This document shows, piece after piece, positions 30,674-40,731 of a stretch of 64,000 nt of DNA. The notes below the pieces were generated by a model. That model was not told the origin of the DNA, did no database searches, and was given only the letters and a program-made list of their open reading frames with translations. The stretch lies in the NCBI GenBank assembly GCA_963823035.1, contig CAWGKG010000014.1:512001-576000 (forward strand). Reading direction: 5' to 3'. Each line of letters starts with the position of its first letter. The first letter of the stretch is position 1. The DNA is from an uncultured Gemmatimonadales bacterium. Its GTDB lineage: Bacteria; Gemmatimonadota; Gemmatimonadetes; Longimicrobiales; Gaopeijiaceae. The position numbers were made by a program, and so were the translations under genes.

Positions 30674-31987
30674 CTACGGAGCTCCGAAGTGCGTCTCGAT
30701 CTCGACCCCTGAGGCGCGGAGGAACGCGGTCGGAAGCTCGCCCCCGATGAAGACGAAGACCTGATCGGCCGGGATCTCCAGGTCGCTGCCCTGCTCGCGC
30801 GCCAGAACGACCCGGCCCCGCCCGATCTCCGAGGGCCTGGTGTTCCAGAGGATCTCGATCTCCCGACGCGACACCGCCGACTCCACCCGCTCGTGGTTGC
30901 CGGCCTTGATCCGTGAGAAGGCATGGCCGCGGTAGGACATGCGCACCTCGTTGCCGGGCTGCTCGGCGAGCGCGAGCGCGGCCTCCACGGCCGAATCGCC
31001 TCCGCCCACCACGAGGATGCGATCCCCGGTGTAGGCCTCGGGCTCCCGCAGCGAATAGGAGACGCGCGGCGAGTCGTCCTCCCCGGGCACGCCCAGCTTC
31101 CGCGGCACGCCCCTCCGGCCGATCGCCAGGACGACCCGATGGGCCTCGAGCACGCCGCTGCCCGTGCGCACCCGGAAGTGGTACGGACCCACGCGATCGA
31201 CCGTGGTGACGGTCTCGCCGGTGCGGACCTGGAGGCCGGCCTTGGAGGCGATGTCCTCCCACAGGTCGATGAGCTCCTCCTTCTCGATGTCCCGCACCGG
31301 CAGCTTCCCGTATCCGGGGACCTTCACCGGGCGGGTCATGACCAGCTTCTTGCGCGGGTAGTGCCGCACGGTGCCCCCGAGATCCTCCTTCTCCACCGTC
31401 ACGAACCGCAGCCCCCTCGCGAGCGCGGTGAGCGAGGCCGACAGCCCCGCCGGTCCGCATCCGACCACCACGAGGTCGAGGAGGCCGTCCGGCCCACGAT
31501 CCGTCTCGGACGCGAGGCCCTCGACGCACTGCCGTCCCTGCTCGAAGGCGTTGGCCACCAGCCCCATCCCGCCGAGCTCGCCCACCACGTACAGCCCCGG
31601 GACGTTCGTCTCGAAGTTCCCCTTCACGCGCGGCAGGTCGACGCCGCGCTTCTGGGTCCCGAACACGAGCTGGATCGCGTCCATCGGGCAGGCGCGCTCG
31701 CACAGCCCGTGCCCGATGCAGCGGGCGGCCGTGACCGCCACGGCCTGGCCGTGGCGGATGCCCAGCACACCCTCCGGGCAGACGGTGACGCAGCTCGACG
31801 TCCCGATGCAGCCCTCGGGGTCCACGACCGGGTGCAACGACACCGGCTCGTGCAGCCCGTACCGGAGGGCTTCGAGGTGGGCTTCTTCGGTCGCCCGCTC
31901 CTTCCGCTTGAGGCGATAGACGACCGGAACGGTGAAGAGGACGGTGAGGAAGAGCGCGATACCCCAGATCAGGGCGGTGTCGCTCAT
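30674..31987 (-). CDS. Membrane-anchored ferredoxin plus TrxB/YpdA-like FAD/NAD(P)H oxidoreductase
   Basis: N-terminal TM; CIGTSSCVTVCP and CIGHGLCERACP; ETNVPGLYVVGE; VVGCGPAGL; VVGGGDSAVE; SYR. Confidence 0.85.
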   Translation of the reverse strand: MSDTALIWGIALFLTVLFTVPVVYRLKRKERATEEAHLEALRYGLHEPVSLHPVVDPEGCIGTSSCVTVCPEGVLGIRHGQAVAVTAARCIGHGLCERACPMDAIQLVFGTQKRGVDLPRVKGNFETNVPGLYVVGELGGMGLVANAFEQGRQCVEGLASETDRGPDGLLDLVVVGCGPAGLSASLTALARGLRFVTVEKEDLGGTVRHYPRKKLVMTRPVKVPGYGKLPVRDIEKEELIDLWEDIASKAGLQVRTGETVTTVDRVGPYHFRVRTGSGVLEAHRVVLAIGRRGVPRKLGVPGEDDSPRVSYSLREPEAYTGDRILVVGGGDSAVEAALALAEQPGNEVRMSYRGHAFSRIKAGNHERVESAVSRREIEILWNTRPSEIGRGRVVLAREQGSDLEIPADQVFVFIGGELPTAFLRASGVEIETHFGAP

Positions 31988-31990
31988 GGC

Positions 31991-33619
31991 TCAGAAGATC
32001 CTGTACAGGCCGAGGTCGAACGACTGGCCCGCGAGCGCCCCGCCCCATTCCACGCGCATGCGGCCGGTGGCGCGGAGCCCGGTGGAGAACGGAAGGTCGA
32101 GGGAGCCCTCGATGGCGTGGGTCACGTTGAGACGGTCGAGGTAGTCCGACCGGCTGTACCGATAGCCCATGCGTAGCCACGCCGGCTGAAGACGGAAGGA
32201 GAGCGAGGGCGACGCCGTGATCGTGCTCCCGTACGCTCCCGTCCAGCGCGCGAGGCTTCCCCACAACCCTGCGCCGGACATCCCCGGGAGCGGGTCGAGC
32301 GAGAACGAACCCGTGGTGCCCCAGCTGTGCCGCCCCGCCTCATCCGATCCCCGTGATCCGTCCACGGAGATGAAGCCCGCCCCCCCGCGCAGCGACAGCC
32401 CGGCGTCGATGCGCTCGTTGCGCGGGGCGAAGAAGGCGTCGGTGAGCCCCTGGATCCACGTCTCCCGGCGCGCGAACGCCCCGCGCAGCTGGACGCCGGC
32501 GCCGAGCTCGAGCGAGCCGTTCACCCGAACGCGCGACACCCGCCATCCCCCGTCGTTCTCCTGGTCGAGCTGCAGGTCGTGACCCACGCGGAGAGGGCCC
32601 AGCGTCATGCGCTGCGAGGCGCCGAAGAACGTGTGCTCGGGAAGGCTGTCCGTCGGTCGGAGGGCATGCGCCGAGAGGTCGCCGGCCCAACGCCACCCCC
32701 TCCCTCGAGCCCTCGCGTCCATGAACAGCGTAGCCTTGGGTGACGTGACGGAGGGACGCTCGTTCCAGCGGTCGGGCTCGAAGCCGACGATCGCGCCGAC
32801 CCCGAAGTCCCCCCCAAAGCGCAGGAGCGCCCCGTCCCAGAAGCCGCTGTAGGACTCCACGGGGCTGTGGAAGCGCCCGAGCGCGACCCGCAGCGGAACG
32901 GCGGTGAACTCCCGCTCCAGCACGGCGGCGTAGACGCGTGCCGACGAGGCCGGTTGGATGAGGTCCTCGCTGCTGTAGCGGTACGCCAGCCGCATGCTCG
33001 TGCGCAGACGGAAACCGGCGAGCGCATGGGGAACCGTGGCATCGAAGCGGAAGGCCGGCGTCGCGAACGTGCGATCCACCTGGGTCGGATCGAGCTCCCC
33101 GACCCGGGTGGTCGACCGGTTGGCGGACACGTCCAGCCCGATCCTCCCGTGCGGACGGGGGCCCTCGGGCACGCGCGTCGCGGACGCGGCACCGGGGCGG
33201 GCGGGCGCAGGCGTCGGCCTCGAGGCTCGAGCCGTCTTCGCGGTGGGCGCCGCCCGCTGCGCCGGATCCGGCTCGGGGACGGCCTCGGCGGGTGCACGGA
33301 GGAGGTGGATCGTCAGGGCCTCACCCCGCGTCACCGCGAACGCCTCCCCCGCGAAAGAGAGCACCGCACGGGTCTCGGTGCTGGCCGTGACCGTGAGCGT
33401 GCCCACGGGCGCATCCGTACCCTCGCGGGACACGTCCACGGTGTCTCCCGTGGCCAGCCCGTGGCGGGTACCGACGTCGAGGTAGACGGACGCGCCCGCC
33501 ACCTGGCGGACGCGCACCGTGATGGTCGGCGGCGTCGCCTGCCCGACAACGCGACCCGCCGAGGCGACGAGGAGCGCGAGGACGAGCCCCGCCGCGCAGA
33601 AGAGGCGACGCTCAACCAC
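31991..33619 (-). CDS. Probable outer-membrane beta-barrel (porin-like) protein
   Basis: Signal peptide, small N-terminal beta domain, Pro/Ala linker, amphipathic strands, C-terminal FDLGLYRIF beta-signal; start overlaps the cytochrome end. Confidence 0.7.
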   Translation of the reverse strand: MVERRLFCAAGLVLALLVASAGRVVGQATPPTITVRVRQVAGASVYLDVGTRHGLATGDTVDVSREGTDAPVGTLTVTASTETRAVLSFAGEAFAVTRGEALTIHLLRAPAEAVPEPDPAQRAAPTAKTARASRPTPAPARPGAASATRVPEGPRPHGRIGLDVSANRSTTRVGELDPTQVDRTFATPAFRFDATVPHALAGFRLRTSMRLAYRYSSEDLIQPASSARVYAAVLEREFTAVPLRVALGRFHSPVESYSGFWDGALLRFGGDFGVGAIVGFEPDRWNERPSVTSPKATLFMDARARGRGWRWAGDLSAHALRPTDSLPEHTFFGASQRMTLGPLRVGHDLQLDQENDGGWRVSRVRVNGSLELGAGVQLRGAFARRETWIQGLTDAFFAPRNERIDAGLSLRGGAGFISVDGSRGSDEAGRHSWGTTGSFSLDPLPGMSGAGLWGSLARWTGAYGSTITASPSLSFRLQPAWLRMGYRYSRSDYLDRLNVTHAIEGSLDLPFSTGLRATGRMRVEWGGALAGQSFDLGLYRIF

Positions 33620-36600
33620 CTCGACCTCTCGGGTGGCAGGAGAAGCAGGCGTGGCTCTCGTACACGTAGCTGCGCACCTCGCGGTGGTGGCCGTCCGTGT
33701 TGCCCTGCGTGTGGCAGGTGGTGCAGGTGAAGTCGCTGAAGTTTCCGCCCAGGTGGCAGTCGTTGCAGGAATCCCACCGCCCGCGGTGCGACCCGGAGTA
33801 GATCGGGAAGAACGAGGCGTCGTGATCGAAGGTGGATGGGCTCCAGGCGCTCGTCGTGTGGCAGGTGGTGCAGTCGGTCGGGTAGCCCGGACCCACCATG
33901 CTCGCGGTCGTAGTCCGTCTGGTGGCATGCCACGCAGTCGTTCTGGTTGGCCGGGTCCGGGAAACGCAGCCCGTAGCCCGGAATCGTATGGCACGCCGTG
34001 CACTCGGCCGTCGCGTGCGCGCCAAGGAGCTGGAAGCCGCCCGAGATCGACGGGTGGTCCAGCGTGGCCCCCGACCAGGTGTTCGACTGATGGCAGCTGA
34101 GGCAGGTGGTGGGGAAGCCCGAGCCCGCGTGGTGCGCGTCGTAGTCCGCCTGGTGGCACGACACGCAGTCGCTGTTGTTCGCCGGCTGCGGGAAGAGCAG
34201 CGCGTAGTCCGGCACGGAGTGGCAGGCCGTGCACGCCGCCGTCGCATGCGGCCCGTTGAGCGTGAACCCGCCTGAGATCGCGGCGTGGTCGACCGTGGCG
34301 CCGTCCCAGGTGCTCTGGTTGTGACACTCGAGGCAGGTGGTCGGGAAGCCCGATCCCGCGTGCTGGCCGTCGTAGTCCGCCTGGTGGCAGGCCACGCAGT
34401 CCTGCGGCCCGGACGGCAGCTCCGAGAGGTGCCCCGGCGGACCGTGGCACGACGCGCACGCTGCGGGCGCGTGCGCGCCGACCAGCGGGAAGCCCGTCGT
34501 GCCGTGGTCGAACGTCGCACCCTCCCACCGGTCGGCCGCGTGACACGAGGTGCACGTCGTCGGGAAGCCCGACCCCGCGTGGTTCGCGTCGTAGTCCGCC
34601 TGGTGGCAGACCACGCAGTCGTTGTTGTTCGCCGGCTGCGGGAAGAGCAGCGCGTAGTCCGGCAGCGAGTGGCAGGCCGTGCACGCCGCCGTCGCGTGCG
34701 GCCCGTTGAGGACGAAGCCCCCGGACACCGCGGCGTGGTCGACCGAAGCGCCCTCCCACGAGCTCTGGTTGTGGCACGCCAGACAGGTCGTCGGGAAGCC
34801 CGATCCCGCGTGCTGGCCGTCGTAGTCGGCCTGGTGGCAGGCCACGCAGTCCTGCGGCCCCGACGGGAGCTCCGAGAGGTGCCCCGGCGGACCGTGGCAC
34901 GACGCGCACGCAGCGGGCGCGTGCGCCCCGACCAGCGGGAAGCCCGTCGTGCCGTGGTCGAACGTCGCACCCTCCCACCGGTCGGCCGCGTGACACGAGG
35001 TGCACGTCGTCGGGAAGCCCGAGCCCGCGTGGTTCGCGTCGTAGTCCGCCTGGTGGCAGACCGCGCAGTCGTTGTTGTTCGCCGGCTGCGGGAAGAGGAG
35101 CGCGTAGTCGGGGACGGAGTGACAGGAGGTGCACTGCGCGTCGCGGTGCGGACCCTCGAGCGCGAAACCGCCGGAGATCGCCACGTGGTCGACGGATGCG
35201 CCCTGCCACGAGCCCTGGTTGTGGCACTCCAGGCAGGTGGTCGGGAAGTCGGACCCGGCATGCCCCTCGTCGTAGTCGGCCTGGTGACACGCCACGCAGT
35301 CCTCCGGTCCGACCGGCAGCGCGAAGAGGTGTTCCGGGGCACCATGGCACGAGGCGCACCCGGCCGGCTTGTGGGCCCCGGCCAGGGGGAAGCTCGTCGT
35401 GCCGTGGTCGAAGGTGGAGCCTTCCCAGTGGTCCGAGGCGTGGCAGGAGAGGCAGGTGGTCGGATAGCCCGTTCCCGCGTGCTCCTGGTCGAATTCGACC
35501 TGGTGGCACACCACGCAGTCGTTCTGGTCGGTCGGCTGCGGGAAGAGGAGGCCGTAGTCCGGCACGGAGTGGCAGACCGTACACTCCGCCGTCGCGTGCG
35601 GGCCCTCCAGCGCGAAGCCGTCGGAGAGCGCCACATGGTCGAAGTTCGAATCCTCCCACGAGCTCTGGTTGTGGCATTCCATGCAGGTGGTCGGGAAGCT
35701 GGATCCGCCGTGTCCCTCGTCGTAGTCGGCCTGGTGGCAGGCGACGCAGTCCTCCGGTCCTGCGGGGAGGGCGGACAGGTGGGCCGGAGCCCCGTGACAG
35801 TCCGCGCACGCCGTCGGCTCGTGGGCCCCCACCAGCGGGAAGCCCGTCGTGGCGTGGTCGAACGACGCACCCTCCCATCGGTCCAGCCCGTGACACGACT
35901 GGCAGGTGATCGGGAAGCCCGAGCCGGCGTGCTCGTGGTCGTAGTCTCTCTGGTGGCAGGATGCGCAGTCGTCCTGGTTGGCGGGCGTCGGGAAGCGTAG
36001 CGCGCGATCACCCTCGGCGTGACAGGACGAGCACACGAGCTGGCCGTGGCTGCCCAGCAGCGCGAAGCCGGTCATGGCATGGTCGAAGCTGGCTCCCGAC
36101 CAGCTGTCGAGGGTGTGACAGGAGGTGCAGCTCTTCGGGAAGCCCGAGCCTCCGTGCTCGCGGTCGTAGTCCGTCTCGTGGCAGGACGCGCAGTCCTCCT
36201 GGCTCGTGGCCGCGAAGAGCGGCTCCATCCCGGGCGCGCGGTGGCAGTGCGCGCACTGCAGACCGGCGTGGGCTCCCACCAGCGCGAACCCTCCGGATAC
36301 CGCCGCGTGGTCGAAGGCGGGCGCGTCGGTCCAACCCACCGTGCTGTGGCATTCGGTGCAGGTGGTGGGATATCCGGCGCTGACGTGGTCGACCACCCGG
36401 GCTCCCTGGTAGTCGGACTGGTGGCACGACACGCAGTCCGTGGGGAGCGCCGTGAACGCGCCGCCCACATCGTCGACGTGGCAGCTTTCGCAGGTCACCT
36501 GACGGTGCGCCCCCGTGAGGGGGAAGGTCGTGCGGGCGTGGACGGTCTCACCGTCCACCGCATCGAACGAGCGGGTCGTGTGGCAGGAGGCGCAGCTCTG

Positions 36601-36930
36601 CATCATGCGCCCCTCGTGCACGTCCGCGTGGCAGCTCGAGCAGTCGTCCGCCTTGACGTCCGGACCATCGAAATGGAGGTCCAGATGGCACCCGGCGCAG
36701 GCTACCTGCGTGTGCGCGCCGCTGAGGACGAAGCCGCTGCGCGCGCCGTGGACGAAGCCCAGCGTGTCGCGCACCGGCACCCACCCTTCGTTCGTGTGGC
36801 AGGCCGAGCAGTCGAGGCCGTCCGGTAACGTCCCGTGCGGATTCACCCGCGCCTGCCAGGCGGCCAGGGGGCTCGCCCCCGCGCCGATCGCGACCCCCAC
36901 CGCGACGAGCAGCAGCCTAGCACGACTCAC
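33612..36930 (-). CDS. Giant multihaem c-type cytochrome, ~43 CxxCH (frameshift ~33890)
   Basis: Signal peptide; 39 CxxCH counted in ORF 33331..37128 plus 4 at the end of ORF 33612..36011; repeating FDH..TGFPL.GAH modules. Confidence 0.92.
33900..36100. repeat. Intragenic tandem repeat, 450-bp (150 aa, 6-haem) unit made of two trihaem modules
   Basis: Sequence at 34381 recurs at 34831; the two central units are near-identical. Confidence 0.9.
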
Positions 36931-38426
36931 GACGTACCTCCGTGGCAGTCCCGGCACTCGGTGCCGAGGGGTCGATAGGCGACGACGGCCTCGCCCGAGG
37001 TGTTCTTCTCGGCGCGGTGGCACGACGCGCACGGAACCCCCATGTGCGCGCCGGCCAGGGGAAACCGCGTGGTCTCGTGGTCGAACGTCTCGATGCGGAA
37101 CGACTCGTTTCCATGACAGGCGTTGCACGCGCGCCCCGCGAACTGGTCGCCGTGGGGGCTCGTAGCCGCGTGGCAGTCCTGGCAGGTCGAGGCGTCGAGG
37201 CGGAAGGTCGGCACCTGGGTCTCCTCGACGTGGCAGGACATGCAGGCCACCACGCGGTGCGCGCCCTCGAGCGGAAAGGACGTCTCCCGGTCGTGACGCT
37301 GCGCGTCGAAGCGCGCCGGCAGCCAGGCATCCTGCCGGTGGCAGCCGCTGCAGTCACCCGCATCGTCACGATCGGCGAACACGCCCGCGTGTCGGTCCTC
37401 GTGGCACGTCAGACAGGTGCCATCTTCCACGTCCGGCCGCGGGAAGGCACGTCTCTCCGTGCCCTTCCGGTATCGGATGTGGATCCCTTCGGGCGCGGCG
37501 GTCTTGGCCTGGTGACAGGAAGCGCAGGGCGCCGAGGCGTGGGCGCCCTCGAGCAGGAACCCCGTGGTGCCGTGATCGAACGTGCTCTCGACCCGGTTGC
37601 GGTCGATGCGCTGCCAACCCGACGTGGAGTGGCAACTCTCGCATCGACCCGTCATGGCGCCGTGGTGCTCGTCCTCGTGGCAGTCGTTGCAGCGCCCCGA
37701 CTTCACACCCTCGTACTGCACGGCGGGAGGCTCGTCACGCCCGCGCGGGGTCGTCTCGTGGCAGTCGGAGCAGTCCACCTCGCGGTGGCGCCCCGTGAGA
37801 CGGAAGTCCGTACGGTCGTGGCTGAAGCCCTTGGCGCCCTCCCACCCTCCGGTGTCGTGGCAATCGGTGCACGCCCGCCCAGAGAACTGCGTGCCGTGGG
37901 GCGAATCGACGTCGTGGCACGACGAGCACGTCTCCGGCAGGCCGAGGAAGGTCTTCCGGAGCGCCCCGTGCTCCCCCTTGACCGCCCGGACCTCACGGTC
38001 CTGGATGTGCTCGGGCGTGTGACAGCCGCGGCACCCCGCTTCGAGATGCCGCCCCTGTAGCTCGAACCCGGTCAGGTCGTGGTCGAAGCGGAGGGTATCG
38101 AGGCGGACGAGCGCGAAGTCCACCCCGAAGTGCTCCTTGTGGCAGGTGGCGCACTTGCGTTCCGCGAGGGAGGCGTGGAAGCCCCGCTTCGACTCGATGC
38201 GCTCCGCGAGCGGTGCATGGCAGGCCAGGCACTTGGCCTCGGACGCACCCGCCTTTCGCAGCTCGTGACACTGGGTGCAGTGGCGGATGCCCTCCAGATC
38301 CGCGTGCACGCTGGAGAGCTTCCCTGGCGAGATGAGCTGAGCCGACGCGACGACGGGCCAGCCCAGGCTCATCACGGTGAGCCAGGTCAGCGGCGAGCGT
38401 AGCGGCGTCCGGGGCAGGCGCGGCAT
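36927..38426 (-). CDS. Multihaem c-type cytochrome, 17 CxxCH
   Basis: Signal peptide, QLISPGKLSSVH; 17 CxxCH counted; FDH..TGF.L.G.H modules. Confidence 0.92.
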   Translation of the reverse strand: MPRLPRTPLRSPLTWLTVMSLGWPVVASAQLISPGKLSSVHADLEGIRHCTQCHELRKAGASEAKCLACHAPLAERIESKRGFHASLAERKCATCHKEHFGVDFALVRLDTLRFDHDLTGFELQGRHLEAGCRGCHTPEHIQDREVRAVKGEHGALRKTFLGLPETCSSCHDVDSPHGTQFSGRACTDCHDTGGWEGAKGFSHDRTDFRLTGRHREVDCSDCHETTPRGRDEPPAVQYEGVKSGRCNDCHEDEHHGAMTGRCESCHSTSGWQRIDRNRVESTFDHGTTGFLLEGAHASAPCASCHQAKTAAPEGIHIRYRKGTERRAFPRPDVEDGTCLTCHEDRHAGVFADRDDAGDCSGCHRQDAWLPARFDAQRHDRETSFPLEGAHRVVACMSCHVEETQVPTFRLDASTCQDCHAATSPHGDQFAGRACNACHGNESFRIETFDHETTRFPLAGAHMGVPCASCHRAEKNTSGEAVVAYRPLGTECRDCHGGTS

Positions 38427-38430
38427 CGCT

Positions 38431-39090
38431 TCAGCTTCCCTTGAGCCGGGCCAGGGCATCGGAGATGCGCGCCAGCATCGCGCCGTCCGTCGTGGTCTCC
38501 CGGGCCTCCTCGAAGAGCCGCACGGCTTCCTCGCTACGTCCCTGGTTCGCGCGCACCGCGGCCAGGTCGTACCGGGCGACCACGTCGCCGCCGTCCTGGT
38601 CGAGGCGGTCGACGAGCACGCCGGCCGCGAGGTCCCACTCCCCCAGCTCACCGTGGGCCGACGCCAGGTCGTAGTACGCCTGCGCTTCGGAAGGGTCGAG
38701 CGAGATGGCCTTCCGGTAGTACGCCACGGCGTCCCGCGTGCGGTGCCCGTCGTGGAGGAGACGGGCCAGCTCCACCACACCCTCGCGCATCTCCGGGTCG
38801 GCCGAGACGCGCATGCGCGCCGCGTGCAGGCGCTCCTCGTAGGCGGCCGTGGTGGCCGGCGTCGATCCGGTCACGATGCCCGCCGCCGCGTGTGCCTCCG
38901 CCGCGGCGTCCGCGGCGCCCGACGGGCTCGCGCCGACCCTCGCCGAGTCACCGGGGGCCACCCGCGATCTCCCGGGTCGCTGCTGCATGCCGAACAGCCC
39001 GACCGCCACACCGACGCCCACCAGGAGCGCCAGCGGCGCCCAGACCCGCGCCGACACGGGGGAGCGGGAGCGGCTCAACCGAACACCCAC
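38431..39090 (-). CDS. Membrane-anchored TPR protein
   Basis: N-terminal TM; YYRKAISLDP, AYYDLA, ARYDLAAV repeats. Confidence 0.8.
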   Translation of the reverse strand: MGVRLSRSRSPVSARVWAPLALLVGVGVAVGLFGMQQRPGRSRVAPGDSARVGASPSGAADAAAEAHAAAGIVTGSTPATTAAYEERLHAARMRVSADPEMREGVVELARLLHDGHRTRDAVAYYRKAISLDPSEAQAYYDLASAHGELGEWDLAAGVLVDRLDQDGGDVVARYDLAAVRANQGRSEEAVRLFEEARETTTDGAMLARISDALARLKGS

Positions 39091-39935
39091 GTATAGCCGA
39101 AGAGCACGGCGACGAACACGTGGATCCCGAGGACCAGGAACATCACCGTCGCCAGGGGAAGGTGGACCACATGCCAGTAGCGGAACAGGCGCTGGAAGGG
39201 GTGCAGCAGCAGCGTCTGCTGACGGAGTCTGCGCTGCTCCTTCGCGAGGTTCATCACCGGCGCCTGCAACTCCTTGGGCACGCCGCGACCATGCAAGAAC
39301 TTGCGCACGCCGCGCAGGTGCCTGCGTTGCCGGAGGTCCTCGCGCACCGCGAAGGCGACCGCTCCCACGAGTGACGAACGCGTCCCGGTCGCGCCGGCCG
39401 GAACGAGCAACGCCTCCAGGTCGGCGGCCGGCAGGTTCGTGCGGGCCGCGATGTCGCGCGTCATCTCGCGCACCCTTTCACCGATCGCGTCGAGCGTGAG
39501 GAACCGCCCGTTGATCGTCTTCGGAATGCGCACGTACACGTAGCGGCCGAAGACACCGCTCGCGACCACGATCGCCATGCTCCAGAAGGCGATCGAGACG
39601 ATGCCGCCGAACTTGAAGGTGGTGTGGAGGAGCACGAGGAAGGGTCCCAGCGTGCACATGAAGATGTGCACCTGCAGCCAGTGTCTCAGGGCGCCGAGGC
39701 GCGCCAGGAAGCGCAGCCGCTTCCTGGCCGTGTATCCCCCGACACCCAGGAGGATGAGCCCCGCTCCGACGATGCCGAAGCCCTGCCCGACGAGCCCCGT
39801 CGGTGCGAAAAGCGTCGCGAGGTCGGAATAGGCACGCTGATTGATGGGGAGCAGGTAGTAGTCGAGCCCGGCGACGAGCGCCGAGCCCGCCACCGACAGC
39901 CAGATCACGGTCAGGACGAATGACAACAAGCGCAC
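39075..39935 (-). CDS. Integral membrane protein with paired His residues (cytochrome b / ferric-reductase-like)
   Basis: About 6 TMs; WLQVHIF...LLHT and YWHVVHLP...GIHV. Confidence 0.75.
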   Translation of the reverse strand: MRLLSFVLTVIWLSVAGSALVAGLDYYLLPINQRAYSDLATLFAPTGLVGQGFGIVGAGLILLGVGGYTARKRLRFLARLGALRHWLQVHIFMCTLGPFLVLLHTTFKFGGIVSIAFWSMAIVVASGVFGRYVYVRIPKTINGRFLTLDAIGERVREMTRDIAARTNLPAADLEALLVPAGATGTRSSLVGAVAFAVREDLRQRRHLRGVRKFLHGRGVPKELQAPVMNLAKEQRRLRQQTLLLHPFQRLFRYWHVVHLPLATVMFLVLGIHVFVAVLFGYTWVFG

Positions 39936-39964
39936 CGCCTCTCAGATGGGTCGTCGGGAACCCA

Positions 39965-39981
39965 TGCAATTCCCGCGCCGG
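39965..39981 (-). promoter_or_regulatory. Sigma-54 promoter of the multihaem operon
   Basis: CCGGCGCGGGAATTGCA (GG-N10-GC), 30 nt upstream of the start codon. Confidence 0.7.
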
Positions 39982-40070
39982 GTGAGGCGGACGGCCGACA
40001 AAACGTTCCGCAGCGTTTTGCGTCCGGGATTCGCCCACGACACGTGACCAAGAAGGCACACCGAAGCCCC

Positions 40071-40706
40071 ATGGACGACGTCTTCAGAGCGATCGCCGAC
40101 CCCACGCGCCGCAGGCTCCTCGATGCCCTGCTCGAGGAGGACGGGCAGTCCTTGAGCGCCTTGGGCGACCCCCTGCCGATGACCCGCTTCGGCGTGATGA
40201 AGCACCTGCGCGTGCTCGAGGAAGCGGGCCTGCTCGTGACGCGGCGCCGCGGCCGGGAAAAGCTCCATTACCTGAACACCGACCCCATCCGCCTCGTCCA
40301 CGACACGTGGCTGCGCAGGTACGCCGAGCGCAGCGGGCCGGATGCGGACGAGGCGGGCATCGGCGCGGAGGCGGACTCGACCGCGACGATCTTCGAGACG
40401 TGGATCGCAACGACGCCCGAGCGGCTGTGGGCGGCGATCACCGACCTTTCCGAGGCGGAGAACCTCGAGATCGACCCGCCCCGGCGTCTCGTGCAACGCT
40501 TCCGCGGAAGGCACGAGGATGCCCGCAGCCTACGTGCCTCGCGGGTCACGTGGGAGATCGTCCACCACGGACCCGCCTGCCGGCTCACGGTCATGCGTGA
40601 CCCGCACGGCACGGACCCCGTCCACCATCCTTCCTGGCAGACGCTCCTGGCCCGCCTCAAGGCGATACTGGAGTCCGGCGAGCCTCCGACACCCGCCGAG
40701 GCGTGA
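40071..40706 (+). CDS. ArsR-family regulator fused to an SRPBCC/AHSA1 domain
   Basis: VFRAIADPTRR, MTRFGVMKHLRVLEEAGL, GREKLHYLN; WIATTPERLWAAITD, SRVTWEI. Confidence 0.9.
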   Translation: MDDVFRAIADPTRRRLLDALLEEDGQSLSALGDPLPMTRFGVMKHLRVLEEAGLLVTRRRGREKLHYLNTDPIRLVHDTWLRRYAERSGPDADEAGIGAEADSTATIFETWIATTPERLWAAITDLSEAENLEIDPPRRLVQRFRGRHEDARSLRASRVTWEIVHHGPACRLTVMRDPHGTDPVHHPSWQTLLARLKAILESGEPPTPAEA

Positions 40707-40731
40707 CCGAACGAGCAGCGGCCCGAAGCTG

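Noticed and set aside
33620..35896. N-terminal ~760 aa of ORF 31991..35896 as part of the barrel protein
   Set aside because: Alternative frame of the cytochrome repeats; the signal peptide begins at 33619
33900..36100. Regular DNA repeats as a possible CRISPR array
   Set aside because: Repeats are in-frame coding modules without unique spacers, and no cas genes are present
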